From contig QPMI01000081.1 in assembly GCA_004431415.1 (NCBI GenBank), positions 22,346-86,345 on the forward strand: a stretch of 64,000 nt of DNA, in the 5' to 3' direction. Positions 1-13,433 of the stretch are shown here, piece after piece (the stretch's first letter is position 1; each line of letters opens with the position of its first letter). Position numbers and translations under genes: made by a program. This DNA is from Cyanophora paradoxa CCMP329. Taxonomy: Eukaryota > Plantae > Glaucophyta. Under the pieces are notes generated by a model. It worked only from the letters and a program-made list of their open reading frames with translations, had not been told where the DNA came from and ran no database searches.

Positions 1-3000
1 CTGGCCTCCTAGCGTTCCTTCTAGGCTTCTGGCCGAGTCCGTTTTAGCCGGGCCTCGCTGGTTCCTCGAGGAGTCCCAGCAGGCGAGCCTCTCTCTAGCC
101 TTCCATGGCCCCCTTCTGGCCCCTCCACGCTTCTATCCCTAGCTTCCCTTCAAACCCGCTCTTTCTAGCCTAGCGAGCCGATTTCGTCAAGGAGTCCCAG
201 CAGGCGAGCCCTCCCCTGCCCCGGAGCTAGCTCCTTCCAGCCTCTCCAGCTCCTAGCCCTAGCTTCTAGCTCCACGCGTCTCTTCTAGCTTCCTCCAGCC
301 TCTAGCCCCTAGCGGGCGAGCGGTCGCCTATAGCCGAGTTCCTCAAGGAGTCCCAGCAGGCGAGTGGCAGATCGGCGCCCTTCTCTAGCTGGCCCGGCGC
401 CCTCCTCTAGCTGGCTCCTCAGTGGCAGATCGGCGCCTCCTTGTAGCAGGGCCCACGCCCCGGCCGACGCGCATTCTTCCTGCCTGACCTACCGCCTCGA
501 AGCCCGCTCTCGGCCTGGACCTCCTCGGCCTCGGTCTCGGCCGCGCTCCTCTGCGCCGGTCCAGAGCCTCGGCGGCTAGCCTCTAGCCTCTAGCCTCTAG
601 CATCTTCGGAATGCGATCCTTCTAGCCGCCAGCTTCTAGCCGCCGCCCGAGCCCTCCAGAGCGCTACAGTTGTCTGGATCAAGAAGCGCCTCATCTGATC
701 CATCTGATCCTCAGATGTACCTGCACTGGAGCCGGGCGGCGCACCTGGAGGCGGAGATCCAGCGCCTGGAGGCCGGCTGCGCCGCCGGCTCCCGCCCCAC
801 CGACGCCGCCCCGCCCCCGGAGGCCCCCGAGCCCCGTGCGCGGAGCTCAGCGTTTCAAAGCTTTTTAAGATCGCCTGGCGCTCTAGCCTCTAAGATCGCC
901 TAGCGCTCTAGCTTTTTTTAAAGCCATGCCCTCTAAGCGCCGTGAGGCGGCCTGCTCCGCTGGCTCCCGCCCCACCGACCGAGCCTCGTGCGCTCAGCTC
1001 AGCTCTTAGCCTTCTAGGCCACGCTTGAGCTTGGCTCTCTTCGCTTAGTTCCGCTAGGACAAGCCCAGCGAGGAGAATCCCTAGCTTTCTATGGCGCCCC
1101 ACCGCCGGATCGGATCCTCTTTTGAGCTTGGCCCAAACTTATCTCTTTAAGATTCTTCGGAGCTGACTGGGGTCCTGGCAGCGCCGGACGCGAGCCCGGA
1201 GGCCCGACCCGACCGGGTCTCCCGCGGGGAGCTCAGCGCCGCCTGCAAGGCGCGCCCGCCCCTCTCCGCCCGTCCCGCTGGCTTCTTCTTCTTCTTCGGT
1301 TCTGATTCTGGTGTACCGTACCCCCCCCCCCCCCCCGCAGCTCGACCCCGGCTTCATCTTCGACTTCGACGTCAGCGGGGGCCACTTCTCCTGGCTGGGG
1401 GGTACGCCGCAGCCGTCCTACCGACACCCGCGCGCTCTCCTCCGTGCAGTCTATTTATAGCGTTCCGCAGGGTACCACGCGGAGCTGAGCGAGATCGAGG
1501 GCCTGGGCCGCTCCCTTCTGGACCGGCGGCTCCTCCTCACGGACTACCTCCTCCGGCTGGGGTACCTCATGCGCCTCCACGGTCCGTACCCCTCCTCCCT
1601 TCCCCCCCCCCCCCCCCAAAGTCCTCCCCCCGTTTTCTTCTGCTCTGAGCCGTACCCCAGCGCCCGCCCTGGATCTCGATGTGGAGGAGGGGGAGCGGCC
1701 GCCCTGCGCCGCCGACCGCCGCCACTTCATCAAGGTACCCCCCCCCCAAGCCCCCCCCCTTTTCGATCCTTCTTTTCTTGATCTTTTTCCCACCCACCCC
1801 CCAAAACAGACGGTCATGGAGAAGGCGTTCATGATCCTGGGTACCGTCCTCAAGTATTGGGGTACCGAATCGAAGGAGCCGCCCCCCTCGGAGCGGGACC
1901 TCGACCCCAGTGCGCCCCTCTCGCGTTATCGTGTACCCCTCCCAACCTCACATGTCGCGCCGCAGCGAACTGGGCGCAGCGGGTGCACCACTACTGGTAC
2001 TCCAACTTCGCGCTTGCCCTCACGCCCTCCCGGTGCGCTCTAGCCTCTTCCCTCTCTGTCCCGGCAACCTTCTTGTGACGCCGTCCGCCCGCCCGCCCGC
2101 TCAGGCCGCCGCCCTCCGAGAAAGACGGGGGCAACAAGGACGAGCCGGGCGCCCTTTCCGTCCCGAAGGCGAGCGCACCAGCGCTTATTATCATTCCGCT
2201 CTTACGGTCCTGCAGGTCACCGGGGAGACGCTGAGCCAGATCGCGTGGACCACCCTCCACCAGATCCGCCTGTACCTCGGCGCTGGCGACCTCTGCAAGC
2301 GGTCCGCGATCTCCGCCTTGCCATCTCTCTCCTCCTCTCTCATCTCCTTCCTTCCTTACTCCGCCTCGAGCAGGTACATCGAGCTGTGCAAGCAGTGGGT
2401 GGAGACGCAGTGGCACCTCCGGGACACGCAGGTCCGCCTACGCCACGTCAAAACCAAACAAACCAACCAATCAACTTCTAACGTCTTCCTTCCCTTGCAC
2501 AGGAGCACCTCTCAGTGCTGCGGTGGGACATGTTCGACCTCGGCGCGCACAGAGCCGAGCGGCAGCGCTTCGAGCAGGCCTGCCGGACGCTCCTCGGCAC
2601 CCTCTGGCTCGACAACTACCGCCGCTGGTGCCCCTTCTCCTTCCTTTCCTTTCCTTCTTCTTTCTTTTCCTTTCTTCCTTTTTGACGCCCTTTCTTTCTT
2701 TTCTTCCTTTCTCCGCAGCCTGTCGGGGTACGTGGAGCGGCAGGCGGAGCGCCTCTACGAGAGCCTGCTGCTGGAGGCCGAGGCTCAGGAGCGCAAGAAA
2801 CGGGAGGAGGAGGAGAGGCGCGCTTTCTCTCTCTATCTTTGAGCTCTGCTCTGCTTCCCTTTGCTTGAGTCTTACGCCTCCGTGGCGCAGGCGGCGGAAG
2901 CGGGAGGAGGAGGAGCGGAAGAAGAAACGCGACGAGGAGGAAGAGAGGCGCGTACCCCTGTGACGTTTGTGGCTCCTTTTCCGCTCCCTCTGCCTTACGC

Positions 3001-5568
3001 GGCGCGTGGGATGCAGGAGAAGAAAGCGGGAGGAGGAGGAGGAGGAGGCGCGCAGGAGGGAGGAGGAGGCGCAGGCGGCGGCGCGGGCGGCCGCGGCCGC
3101 CGCGGCCGCCGTCTCCGCTGCCCCCGGGGACGCCAAGCCCTCGGTGGAGAAGCGCGGGAAGAAGAAGAAGCAGGACGCGCCTCCCGTACCCCCCGCCTCG
3201 GCCCCTGCACCCCCGCCGGCCCTCCTCCCCACCCCCGTTCCCGCCGCCTCGCCGCCGCCCCCCTCTTCGTCGTCTTCCGTACCCCCTCCGGCCCCCGCCC
3301 CCCGCCCCGGCCTGATGCCTCTCATCACTCTCATGTCCGCCAACGCCGCCGCCTCCGCCGCCGCCGCCGCCGTAGGACCGCCCCCCGGGATCGTGACCCT
3401 CGCATCTGTACCCCGGTCCCCTGCGAAGCCCCCGGCGCCCCCTCCCGCGCCCAGCCCCCCCGCGGCTTCAGCCCCCATCCCCTCCCCGGCCCAGGCCCCG
3501 GGCCCCTCGTCCCCCCTCCGGCAGCCGCCCCTGGCCCTCGCCTCGCCCCCCGCCTCCCCCTCCCCCTCCCCCTCCGACGGCGAGGACGACTTCAAGAGCC
3601 TCACCGGTACCCCCCTGGCTTCCCCCTACCCCCTCTTTCACACTCACGCGGCCGCAGGGAGCGTCGCATCGCACGCGGCGGCGCCGGCGCCGTCGGCTGC
3701 GGCGCGGGGGCCCCAGCGGGAGGCCGGGTGCCAGACGGACGCGAGCGGGGCTCCGGAGCGCCTGCCGACGAGGGCGCCGCCTCCGCCGCGGCGGCGGCGG
3801 CGCTGCTGGCGAAGCTGGAGCAGCGGCTCCGCGAGGAGCGCGCCGAGAAGAAAAAGGCCAAAGAGCGCATCGCGGAGCTGGAGGCGGAGCACGCGGCGGA
3901 GCTGCGGGCGGCCGGCGAGGGCGCCGCCCGCCGCGGCGCCGACGTGGAGCGCGAGGCGGCGGAGGCGCGCGGGCGCGTCCAGGCGCTGGAGGCGGCGCTG
4001 GAGGAGGCGAGGCGCGAGGCGCGGCGGGAGCGCGAGGCGTCGCAGCGGCGGGCGGCGGAGGTCGAGGGCGAGCGGCGGCGCCGCGCGGAGGCCGAGGGCA
4101 AGGCCGAGGGCCTCGCGGCGGCGCTGGAGGGCCTCGGGGGCGAGCTCTCGGCGCAGCGGGGCGCGCTGGGCGCCGCCGAGCACCAGGTCCGTGTCAGCGC
4201 GCGCTGCGCGCTCTCTGGGACGGATAGGCTAGAGGGGACACCGCCCGCTTCTGCGGGCACGCCTAGTGCTCTCCACTGCCCTTTCACCTTACAAATCTCG
4301 TCCGGCGCCAGGCGCGGCAGATGCAGGCCGAGCTGGAGGCGCTAAGGCGGCACGTGGCGACGCTTCGGGGCAGCGCGGAGGCGCTGGGCGAGCTGAGCGT
4401 CGCGGAGCTGCAGCAGCTGGTCCAGGGCCTCGTCTTCTCGTTCACGGTGGCCAACCACGCGCTCGCCGCCAAGCTGGGCCAGGAGGGAGGGGGCGGAGGC
4501 GGGGGCGGAGGCGGGGGTGGGGGCGGAGGGCACTTCCCGAACCCGCCATCCCCGCTCTCGGCCCAGTCCTCCTCCTCGTCCTCCTCCTCCTCGGGATTCC
4601 GCCCGGGCTCCAGCGCGGCCACTGCGGCGGCGGCGGCCGCGGCGGCGGCGGTGGCGGCCGCGGCGTCGGGCCAGGCCCAGAACCCCTTCCTCGGCATCTT
4701 CGGCCAGGGCGGCCAGGGCGGCTCGTCCCCCCGGGACGGCCAGCCCGGCGGGGGGGGAGGGAAGGAGGGGGGGTCCCTCTTCCACAACGACCCCCTCCTC
4801 CTGGGAGCCATGCTCCGCGGCGATCCCAAGCCCGGGGGTACGCCGTCGGGCCCGGGGGCCGGGCCCAAGAACGCCGCCCCGTCGCCCCCGCCCCCCAAGC
4901 CGCCCTCCCTCTCCCCGCCGCGCATGGCCGCCCGCCAGGGGCGGCAGCCGCACCCGGGGCAGCGGGGCGCGGGGGGTACGTGGCAGGCCCCGTCCATGGG
5001 GGCCTACGACCTCGCCGGCGGCCCCCTCCCCTCGGAGTACCCCCCGCACGCCGTCGCCCGTGCGTACCCCTCCCGCGTGCGTCCCCTCCGATCGCATTCT
5101 CCTGACCCAGTACCCCGGCAGACTGGGCCGTCTCCGGCCAGGAGGCCTCTCAGCGCCCGCCCGCCGGCGGCAACGGCCCGCCCTTCGTCACGCGCAACGC
5201 CCCACTGCCGGGCTCCGGGGGCGGCAAGCGAGGCGTTCTCGGGTGAGCGTACCCCTCTCGTCGGCCGATCCGACGCCGGCATCCGAGCCCGGCGCCAGGT
5301 CCCAGGGGGGGTACGGGAGGAGGAGCCCCCCGAACGGGGACCCCCGGGACGGCTCCGCCCCCCCTTCCCTCTCCCCCCCTGGCGGCGCCCCGGAACGCTG
5401 GGGCATCCCGCAGCATTCGGGCCTGGGGATGGAGGGCCTCTCTATGGGGGCGGTGGGCCCCGAGGCGCCCTACCTGAAGGGCGTACCCCGGGGCGGGGCG
5501 GGCGCCGGCCAGCCCCCCGGAGTGCTCTTGGATGCGTCGGGGATGGGGCGGCCCCGCTGACGTTGTAG
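1..5568 (+). CDS. Multi-exon gene, 5'-incomplete; unknown protein with a helical core, a charged coiled coil and Pro/Ala/Gly low-complexity tail
   Basis: Exons bounded by cag|...|gt/gc, e.g. cag|ATGTACCTGCAC (716), VTGETLSQIAWTTLHQIRLYLGAGDLCK, YIELCKQWVETQWHLRDTQ, LSGYVERQAERLYESLLLEAEAQERKKREEEE and coiled coil LLAKLEQRLREERAEKKKAKERIAELEAE. Stop placed at about 5568; terminal exons uncertain. Confidence 0.65.
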
Positions 5569-6345
5569 CCGCCCTGTACCATAGCACCGTAGCTATGCAT
5601 GCTGTAGCCTGGAAGTGGTTTCGCGAGCGGACGCGAGCGAGAAAATTTCAAATTGAAGAGGAAGCATATGCATCACGACTCACGAGCTGAAGGCGAGAGG
5701 GGGTACAGAATCTAGTCAGGGAGCATTCGATCGGCGCACTTGAGCAGACGAGCGCTTCGTAGGCGCGTAGAAGGAGTGGGAACATCGATCGAACTGCAGC
5801 GTGCGGAGCCTTGGCCTTCGAGCGCGGACGGCGGACTTCGGGACGCGATAGGAGAAGATCCTCGCCGGAGCGAGTGCCGGGGGCGCTTTGGAGTCGTGAG
5901 GTGAGCTTCTGCGCGCTTCTGCGTGCTTCGGCGAGCACGGCAGGGCGGGAACTGGTCATGACCAGCGAAGGCAATTGCAAAGCGCAGATGCTCGACACGG
6001 CGCTGTGGCTGCGTGCGAGCGAGGCGCTCTGCTGAACGAGTACAAGGTGCGCGCTTACGTCGGAAAGCGCCGCCTCCGCGGCCCCTTCCGCTGGTAGCTT
6101 ACCGCAGCAATTGCAAGTTTGATTCCATTCGCAGGTCGTGGCTGCGCTGGCCTGCTGTGACCGATCGAGAACAGCTGCAGCTCTAGCGTACTTACGCGTA
6201 CGCCTCGAGCTTCGACTGCAGCCGCTGCAGCTGGCCGCCCAGGACCCTTAGGCCCCCGCGCGCGGCCGGCGCTCCAATCCTCGCGCGCGCAGCTGCAACC
6301 TGAGCTTCCGGCCAGCTGCAGCTTCAGCCATAGCTTATATCAAAC

Positions 6346-9300
6346 ATGAGCTGGGCGTCGGCAGGCGGCTCGGCGCCTGACCCCGACGTCCACGATGAAT
6401 CTATAGCGAGGCAACTGTTGAATTTCAAGCTTGCTGCGGCCGCTCACGATCACGAACGACCGCTTGCTGGCGCCCTGGCAGCGCGCGCCATCGAGCACTT
6501 TCTGGCCGCGGCGGGGACGAAGACGCAGGCCCCATCGTCGACGTCGTGCGCATTTGCCATTCTTGAGCTTGTCTTAATTATCTTCCCAAGAGATGCACAT
6601 CTGCGACGAGAGATGCTTATCGGCCGTGTCGCAGATCAAGCGACGCGGTGCAGGATGTCAGTTCCAGTGCTTCGAAGACGGGGGGAGGCGGATCCGGGCG
6701 CAGCAGGGCGCCGAGTAAGACGGCTGCGTCCAATTCCCCATCCTCTGCACCTGGTGCGGCATCGGTTTTACTCCCAAAATAATGCGCAAGAATCTTTCTC
6801 GGCTTCTAACTAATTTGCACTTGCGCATCCCCTTTAGGTCCGTCTTCTGGATGGGCGCCGACTCTGGTAACCGATGTGGTCAACGAGCTATGCGGCCGGG
6901 ATCGGTCTGGCGCGGGCACCAGTACCCGCCAGGCGCACGGGCGCCGCCGCCTCTTCATGCAGCCGCCTTCGAAGGACGCGGCCGAGGCTCGGGTCATGTG
7001 GGACCGGCTGTCCGCCGCGGACGCCGCGAGCTTCCTCGGCGGCCCCGACGCCGTCATGCCCCTCGCAGCCGTGGCGGAGCAGCTGCAGCGCTGGGGCCTC
7101 GCGTCGGAAGCCGTGGATCGGGTCGCGCGCGGCGTCGTCGCAGCCTCGGCAGAGCCCGACCTGTTCGCCCCGACGCCTTGTCTGCCTCAGCTACCCTTCG
7201 TTTCGACACTCTTCCGCGTCGCCACGTCCTTCACCACCTTGCGGATGAGACTCTCGGACCCCGGATCCCCTCAAGAAAAGGACACTCGAGATGAATTCAG
7301 CGTCGAAGAATTAGACTATCAAGTCTCAGTCGACGGAGACTTGAAGATTCCCAGCGAGATGCTTCGTGCACTGTGGAACGAAGGGGCGCCCGAACTCGTG
7401 CAGCAGCCTCCATTCTTTCGATCAGTATCTGTCCATGTCCACAAGAGCACTGACAGCCCCGGATCATCTGTTGCAGAGGCTGCCGATGTCTCTGGGCCAG
7501 CGGCAGCTGCAGCCAGCTGCAGCGACAGCTCGGACTCAAGAACATCGAGTACTAGTGACTCGGCGGGCCGAGTGCATGGCCGTTTTGCCGCGACAGCCGT
7601 CCACGAACGTCCATGGCCAGTTCTTCAGCTCGCGGGGAAGAAGCAAGCAAAGAGCGTCCCGCTGTTCACCGTGCCAACCGATCCCGACAATTGCAAGCCC
7701 CAGCCACAAAAGCCAGCTGCAGCTGCGACCAGCGTGTTCGGAGCTATCAAATCCACATTTTGGAAGCCGTTAGCGTTTATCACGACGCCCGAGCCCCAGC
7801 CAAAGCCAGCGCCATTGCACTCCCTCGTGGTAATCCAGTGCAGCGCGAGTCCAAAGGACGCTTGTGGTCTTTGGGACGGCGAGCCGGACTGGACTAAGGG
7901 TTCGCGATCGCGACCCTTCGGCTCCGATTTCGATTTCGATGCGTGAGCTTCTAACGCTTCTTTCTGGGTTTTCAGGACGCGTGGTTATTCGCTGGTCGTT
8001 CGATGGCCAATCGCTCGTGGAGGCGCTCACGCTGGCGATGCTGGCGGGGCTTCAGCCTCCGTTCGCCTTCTGCCCCACTCAGATCGACCTGTCCCCCGCG
8101 ACTCGCGCGTTCGAGTGCTCTGGAGTGCGGCCGGCCCTACCGTGCGGCGCCGGTGTGCACTCGGTGGGCGTCATCGCGCTCTCGGTCCAGCTGCTGAGCC
8201 CAGCCAACGTCGAAGCCCTGGAGTGCCGCTTCGCCAACGTCGCTGTGCCCGCCGACCTCCTCGCCCTGAACTTCCGTGCGCTCCGAGTCTCATCATATAA
8301 CTAATACTGTAGCAAAATCTGACGTATCTAACTTCATCTTATCTAACTTACATATGACTAGTACTGTAGCGAAATGTTGCCGCGTGCTGACCTCGCGTGC
8401 TCGCAGCCCCTCGCCAGCCTCCCTCCGGTGGAGGGTGCCGGAGGAGGAAGGGCACGTGCTCGGCCTGTTTCTACTGCGAGGCCGCGCGCGACTTCCCAAA
8501 CCCGGTCCCTTTCCCAGTCACAGCACAGCCCCAGCCCATTGCGGGCATCCGCCCTGCGCATGCATTCGATGCGCGGGCTTCAGCAGACTGGCCCGCGATC
8601 CCAGAAGCGTACAGGTGCTCTTGTCCGAACTCGGCGGTTTTGTTGCTCGCTACACAATATTCATGCATTGTTCGTTTTCGCAGGGGGAAGCTTGTCGAAT
8701 TCATTCAGTTAAGAGTATCCGGTCAGAGCCATGGATCTGATGATCAGCCATCAACTTCCACAGAAGGCAGTCTAAGCTCCCTATACCATTTGCAGGTGCT
8801 CATGTTTCATGCTTCCGTATTTTATTGCTTGAGCACTAGTGCCGAGCCGAACTAACTTTGGGTCCGCAGGAAGGGCGGAATGCCGCCGCTGCAGCCGTTC
8901 GGTCGGCCGAGAAGGATGGCCGCGCCGCGGCTCGAAAGCTTTTCAAGGCTGACGGCTTCCCCGCTTCCGGCTATGTGCGCGTGAACGCAAACGTCGAGCC
9001 GGAGTCCTCGTCTCCCGCTACTGCTAGGGCATCGGTGCCGGCGCCGGAGAACGAGGACGCGAAAGAAGCGAAGCCGCAGTCGCAGCAGCAGCAACAGAAG
9101 AAGAAGAAGGGCGGCAAGAAGAGCAAGAACGTTAACGAGCTCAAAGGCGAGGACGACTTCGACGTCGTTTTCGGGCTCGAGGACGAGGAGCCCACGGGCG
9201 ACAACAGCGAGGAGGCAGATTTCGCAGCCGACCCCTTCCGCGTGCTGCGGTTCCACGCTTCGCGCCTCCAGAACGGGCGCGTGGTGTTCTGGTTTGGCTC

Positions 9301-10704
9301 CAGGTTCGAACCTCGGGGATCCTGATTCCTGATCAGTATATGCGCCCTTGAATATCCGTGATATGTTTGTTCCAACCTTCGCGCCTGCTTTGCACGCAGA
9401 CCCGCGTTTGCCGATCGCGAGGAGTCGACGTCGGCCGACCATCGCCTTTTGATTACTTACGTGGTGCGCGCGGGCTGTTATATATACTCCGCGTCGCATG
9501 CGTCAGTCAGCCGGTTTACCAGTCAGCAGATGCATCCCCTCGAGCACGTCGTCACAGAAGTCCTCCATGGCCTCGCAAAGGCCGAGCCCGGCCTCCTCTC
9601 GAGACATGGCATGCAGTGGGTTATCATGCAGGTGCGGAGCTATTAAATATATATCCCCGCTCAAGAATTCATTCTTCTAGCTCTGTTATAATTAGATAGT
9701 CCCGAGCTTGAGCTTGAATTTATCTCTCTCGAGCGCAGGCGATCGCTGCCTGCACGAAGGGGGTGGCCGAGGGTGTGCTCTCGCGCAAGCAGTGGGGGAC
9801 GAATTCGAAGGGCGGATCCGAGTCCGATCGCGCTCGCGAGGTTGACGTCGAGGAGACGGCGTGGGAGGAGGCCCGGCGGGAGATCGTACTGGGCATGAAG
9901 CTAAAGGGCGGCGAAACCTCGTTGTGCGTTCAATTTAATTTCCAAGGCCTTAATTATAAGCTTAAGTGTAGCGGGTTCGGGCTCGCTGACCTGGAGGGGC
10001 GCCGCAGCGAGCAGCGCCTGGGCTTGGACGTGTACGCGCTCGTTCTGACCGCTCTGCGGGCCATCGTCCGCCGTGTGTTCTCCAAGGTGCGCCCCGGCCC
10101 GGCCCGGCCCGACGCCTGGCCTGCGCCGCCGCCTTGTTCGGGTTGCTGATCATGAGCCCCGGCGGCGGCAGCCGCAAAAGGAGAATGGAGAAGAAGAAGG
10201 AGAAGGAGAAGGGCAAGCTGGGGTGCTCAGAGTCGCTCGAATCGCGCGGGAGCAGGGCCAGGCGCTGGCGCACGTCCTGGGGCGCCTTAAGGAGCGGGAC
10301 GAGGAGCTGGAGGACGTCCCAGCGGCCGTCGTCGAGCTCAAGCGCCGCAAGATCTTGGAGCAGGCGGCCGCGTGGGCGGGCGCCCTGCAGCAGCACATGG
10401 CAGCGCAGACGCGGCTCTCCGGCGCTTGCTTGGAGTTCGCGGAGGCGTCCCACCGGGTCGGCGCGCGCCGCCGCTGGCTCCGCGCCTGCTCGGAGCTGGC
10501 GCTGGCGGCGTGGGCGGAGTGGGCGGCGCCCCGGCTCCGCAGCCTCCTTGAGGGGCGCGCCGAGGCGGCCCGAGAGGCTCTCGTGGCAGAGCAGCCGGCG
10601 GGGGCAGAGGCGGCGGGTGCGCCGTCGTCCACCACGCCGCCGTCCTCCGCCAAGCAGCGGAAGGCGGCGAAAGAGCGGCGGCGCGCGGCGCGGCAGCAGC
10701 TGCA

Positions 10705-10737
<33 letters not shown>

Positions 10738-12980
10738 AGGCGCCGCGGGCCCCGCGGGGCGCAGCAAGCAGGCGCAAGCGGGCGGCGGCAGCAGCAGTAG
10801 CGACGAGGATTCGGACGGCGAGGAAGCTGCGGGCGCGGGCGCGGGCGCGGCGGGGCCCGCGCCATCGTCCGACAAGGCCCATATACATCCCGCGACGCAG
10901 GTGCGCTCGGGATTCCATGCCGCATTGAAATTATATGCGGCAATCGATCGTGAGCGGGCGCGGGCGTGGGCCGCAGCTGCCGGAGGCCGCGGGCGCGGAA
11001 GAAGACCTGGAGATGCGGGAGCTGCGGGAACAGGTGGCGGTGCGCCTGGCCTGTCCAATCTAGAAACTAGCAACTAGAAACTAGAAACTAGAAACCACTA
11101 GAAACTAGAGACTAGAAGACACTAGATCTATATTCTAGCGCGAGCAGGTGGCGGCGCGAATTTTACAGATTATCATAATAATTATGCTTAAGCTTTCCTG
11201 ATCACGATCATGAGCTCTAGCTTGCGCCTTCCGGCTCCTCGATCGCGAGTTCCGTCTGACTCCGGATTCGAACTCTCTGCCGCTCGCGCAGCGGGAGGAG
11301 GCGCTGCTGCGCTCGCAGCGGGCGGCGCTCAAGGACCTCGAGGGCCGCCTCGACGAGCTCGCCGACCGCCGGCACGCCGCCGGCCTCGCGGCCCGGGTGC
11401 GTGCGCTTATAATTAGTTAGCCTATACGCCTTAATTAGATTAGATTATAAATTAGATTAGGAAGATGCATAGATTGCAAACATCTAGATCTAAAGCGATC
11501 AGTACGCTTCCTAGTGATTTTGATTTAGGGTCTTTGAGGTCGAGGCCGGCTGACGCTTATAGAATAAAGGCTGACGCTGACGTCTGAGCCGGACTGAGAC
11601 TAGACGCCTGCGAGAGAGGGGCTCAGTCCGCCGACGTCGTCACTCGTGTTCGGGGCAGGTGGCGGCGGCGCGCGCGAAGCTCGAATCCCTCGCCGCGGAG
11701 GAGGTTCGTTCATCTTACAATCACAATAATAATAGCGTTGCGAGGGGCCTGGCATGGCCTGGCCTTAGGACGTACCCTAGTTTATCTAGAGCATCTAGGA
11801 ATGATCTAGTTCTATCAGAAAGCCTCGCCTGGCCTTGCCTTGCCTGAGGACGTGCTGGCCGGACCTGAGGAGGGGCGCAGGGCGGGGACGGAGAGGAGAG
11901 CGACGGGGCGCTCGGGGCGCGCCTCGCGGCGGCCGAGGCGGCGGAGGCGGCCGCCGCCCGCGAGCTTGCGGCCCTCCGGTGCGCCCTCCCGTCGCTCGAA
12001 GCTCAAGCTTTAGCTTCAAATATATATAGCTCGCTTAAGATTATGCTAAAGCTTCGATTTAGAATTAAGAGGCTTCGAATTCTTCTTCTTCTTGTTCTTC
12101 TAGAATTAGTCGCTTAAAGCTTGGACACCGGAGGGCCGCCGCCGGCGAGCTCGCCGCCCGACTTCTTCTTCTCCGACACAGCCCTGCCTTCTTTCTGAAG
12201 ATGCCCCCTCGCATCGTCGTCTCGTCCGGTCTGACGTCGGCGACACATCCTTCCCTTATTTCCAAAGATGCTGTCTCGTTCTGTCTCTTAGCTCGCGTCT
12301 AGCTTTATTGTATCCTTAGATCCTTATAGCCTTCAATCCTGTCTCTAAAGATCCTTATAATGGACTTAGCTCGCATCGTCGTCTCGTCCGGTCTGACATC
12401 GGCGCCGGGCGGCCCGGGCGGCCCGGGCGCGCGCGCAGAGGGGATCCGGAGGCGCTGGAGGCGCTGGAGAGCGGGCGCCTCCTCGCCCTCCTCGCCGCCC
12501 TCGCCGCCGGCCTCCAGGCGAGCAATTCATATCCACAGCTTTAAGCTCAATCTCGCTTAGGTTCCGCTCCAGTTGAGCTAGTACCGTTTCGCTTTACTCT
12601 TTCTTATTAATTGTGCGCCTCCTCGCCCTCCCTCGATCCTCGCCGCCCTCGGCGCCGCGGCCGGCCTCCAGGCGAGCTCTAGCGACTAATTAATATAGCA
12701 TTCGAAGCGTTATTAGCTGAAGCTCCCTTATATTTCGGCGCCGACTTTAAAACTAAAGCGTTCTTGAAAAGATCTAGAGCGACTCGTTCCTCGCTTCGAA
12801 GCCTTTCGTCTAACTGGAGCTTGGGCGCAGGCGACGGAGGGAATCGACGGCGCGGCTGCCCGGGGCGAGGCGGGGGCCGGGGCCGGGGCCGGGGCGGAGC
12901 TCGAGGGACGCGCGAAGTGCGGGGAGGAGGAGGAGGAGGAGGAAGACGAGTCGGACCTGCTAAGCCAGTGCCTCGCGTAG
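6346..12980 (+). CDS. Large multi-exon gene of unknown function with C-terminal coiled coil and acidic tail
   Basis: ATG at 6346; long open exons at about 6876-7920, 7977-8275, 8870-9300 and 10230-10900; short coiled-coil exons (REEALLRSQRAALKDLEGRLDELADRR); last exon ...GEEEEEEEDESDLLSQCLA-TAG (12980). Joining these into one gene is inferred. Confidence 0.55.
11060..11130. repeat. Degenerate (CTAGAAA)n intronic repeat
   Basis: ctagaaactagcaactagaaactagaaactagaaaccactagaaactagagactagaag. Confidence 0.85.
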
Positions 12981-13433
12981 CGTAATTTAGATTTAGCGAT
13001 AGGGTAGTGCGACACCTCGCAAACAATTCGCTGATGCGGCCCGTGATATCGATGTGGGTGCTGGGGCATCAAAAGCCTTTGGATCCCGTCCCTGCGAGAC
13101 ACTGCTAACTTGAGCCAATTGCAATGGGGCCAGTGCCGTTGGCGCCTCGCGTATACGTAGCTCCAGCTGAAGCCGGCCGCGGCGCCTGTCTCGTGTTTCG
13201 ATAGGGCAGTGCATGCGCAGAACTTTCGCAAACAATATGCAGCTCAATTTCGAGAGCCTGCAGCTCCCTCGCCTCTTCGAATTCCGGCGTGTTTCAGGGT
13301 CGCGGGGCTGCAGCTGGGGCACCAAGCCTTGAGGCGCCTTAGGATCCGGACCGGAGACTCCACCTGCGATATATATAATTTAATTTAGTCATGAACATAT
13401 CTCGATCTGACTATGTTCTGCACTGCGGTAGGT

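Noticed and set aside
2471-5587. Long overlapping Arg/Ala/Pro/Gly-rich ORFs (also 9962-11073 minus, 22118-23293, 41481-42124, 51202-51738)
   Set aside because: Artefacts of high GC content, antisense frames of real exons, or tandem and microsatellite repeats.
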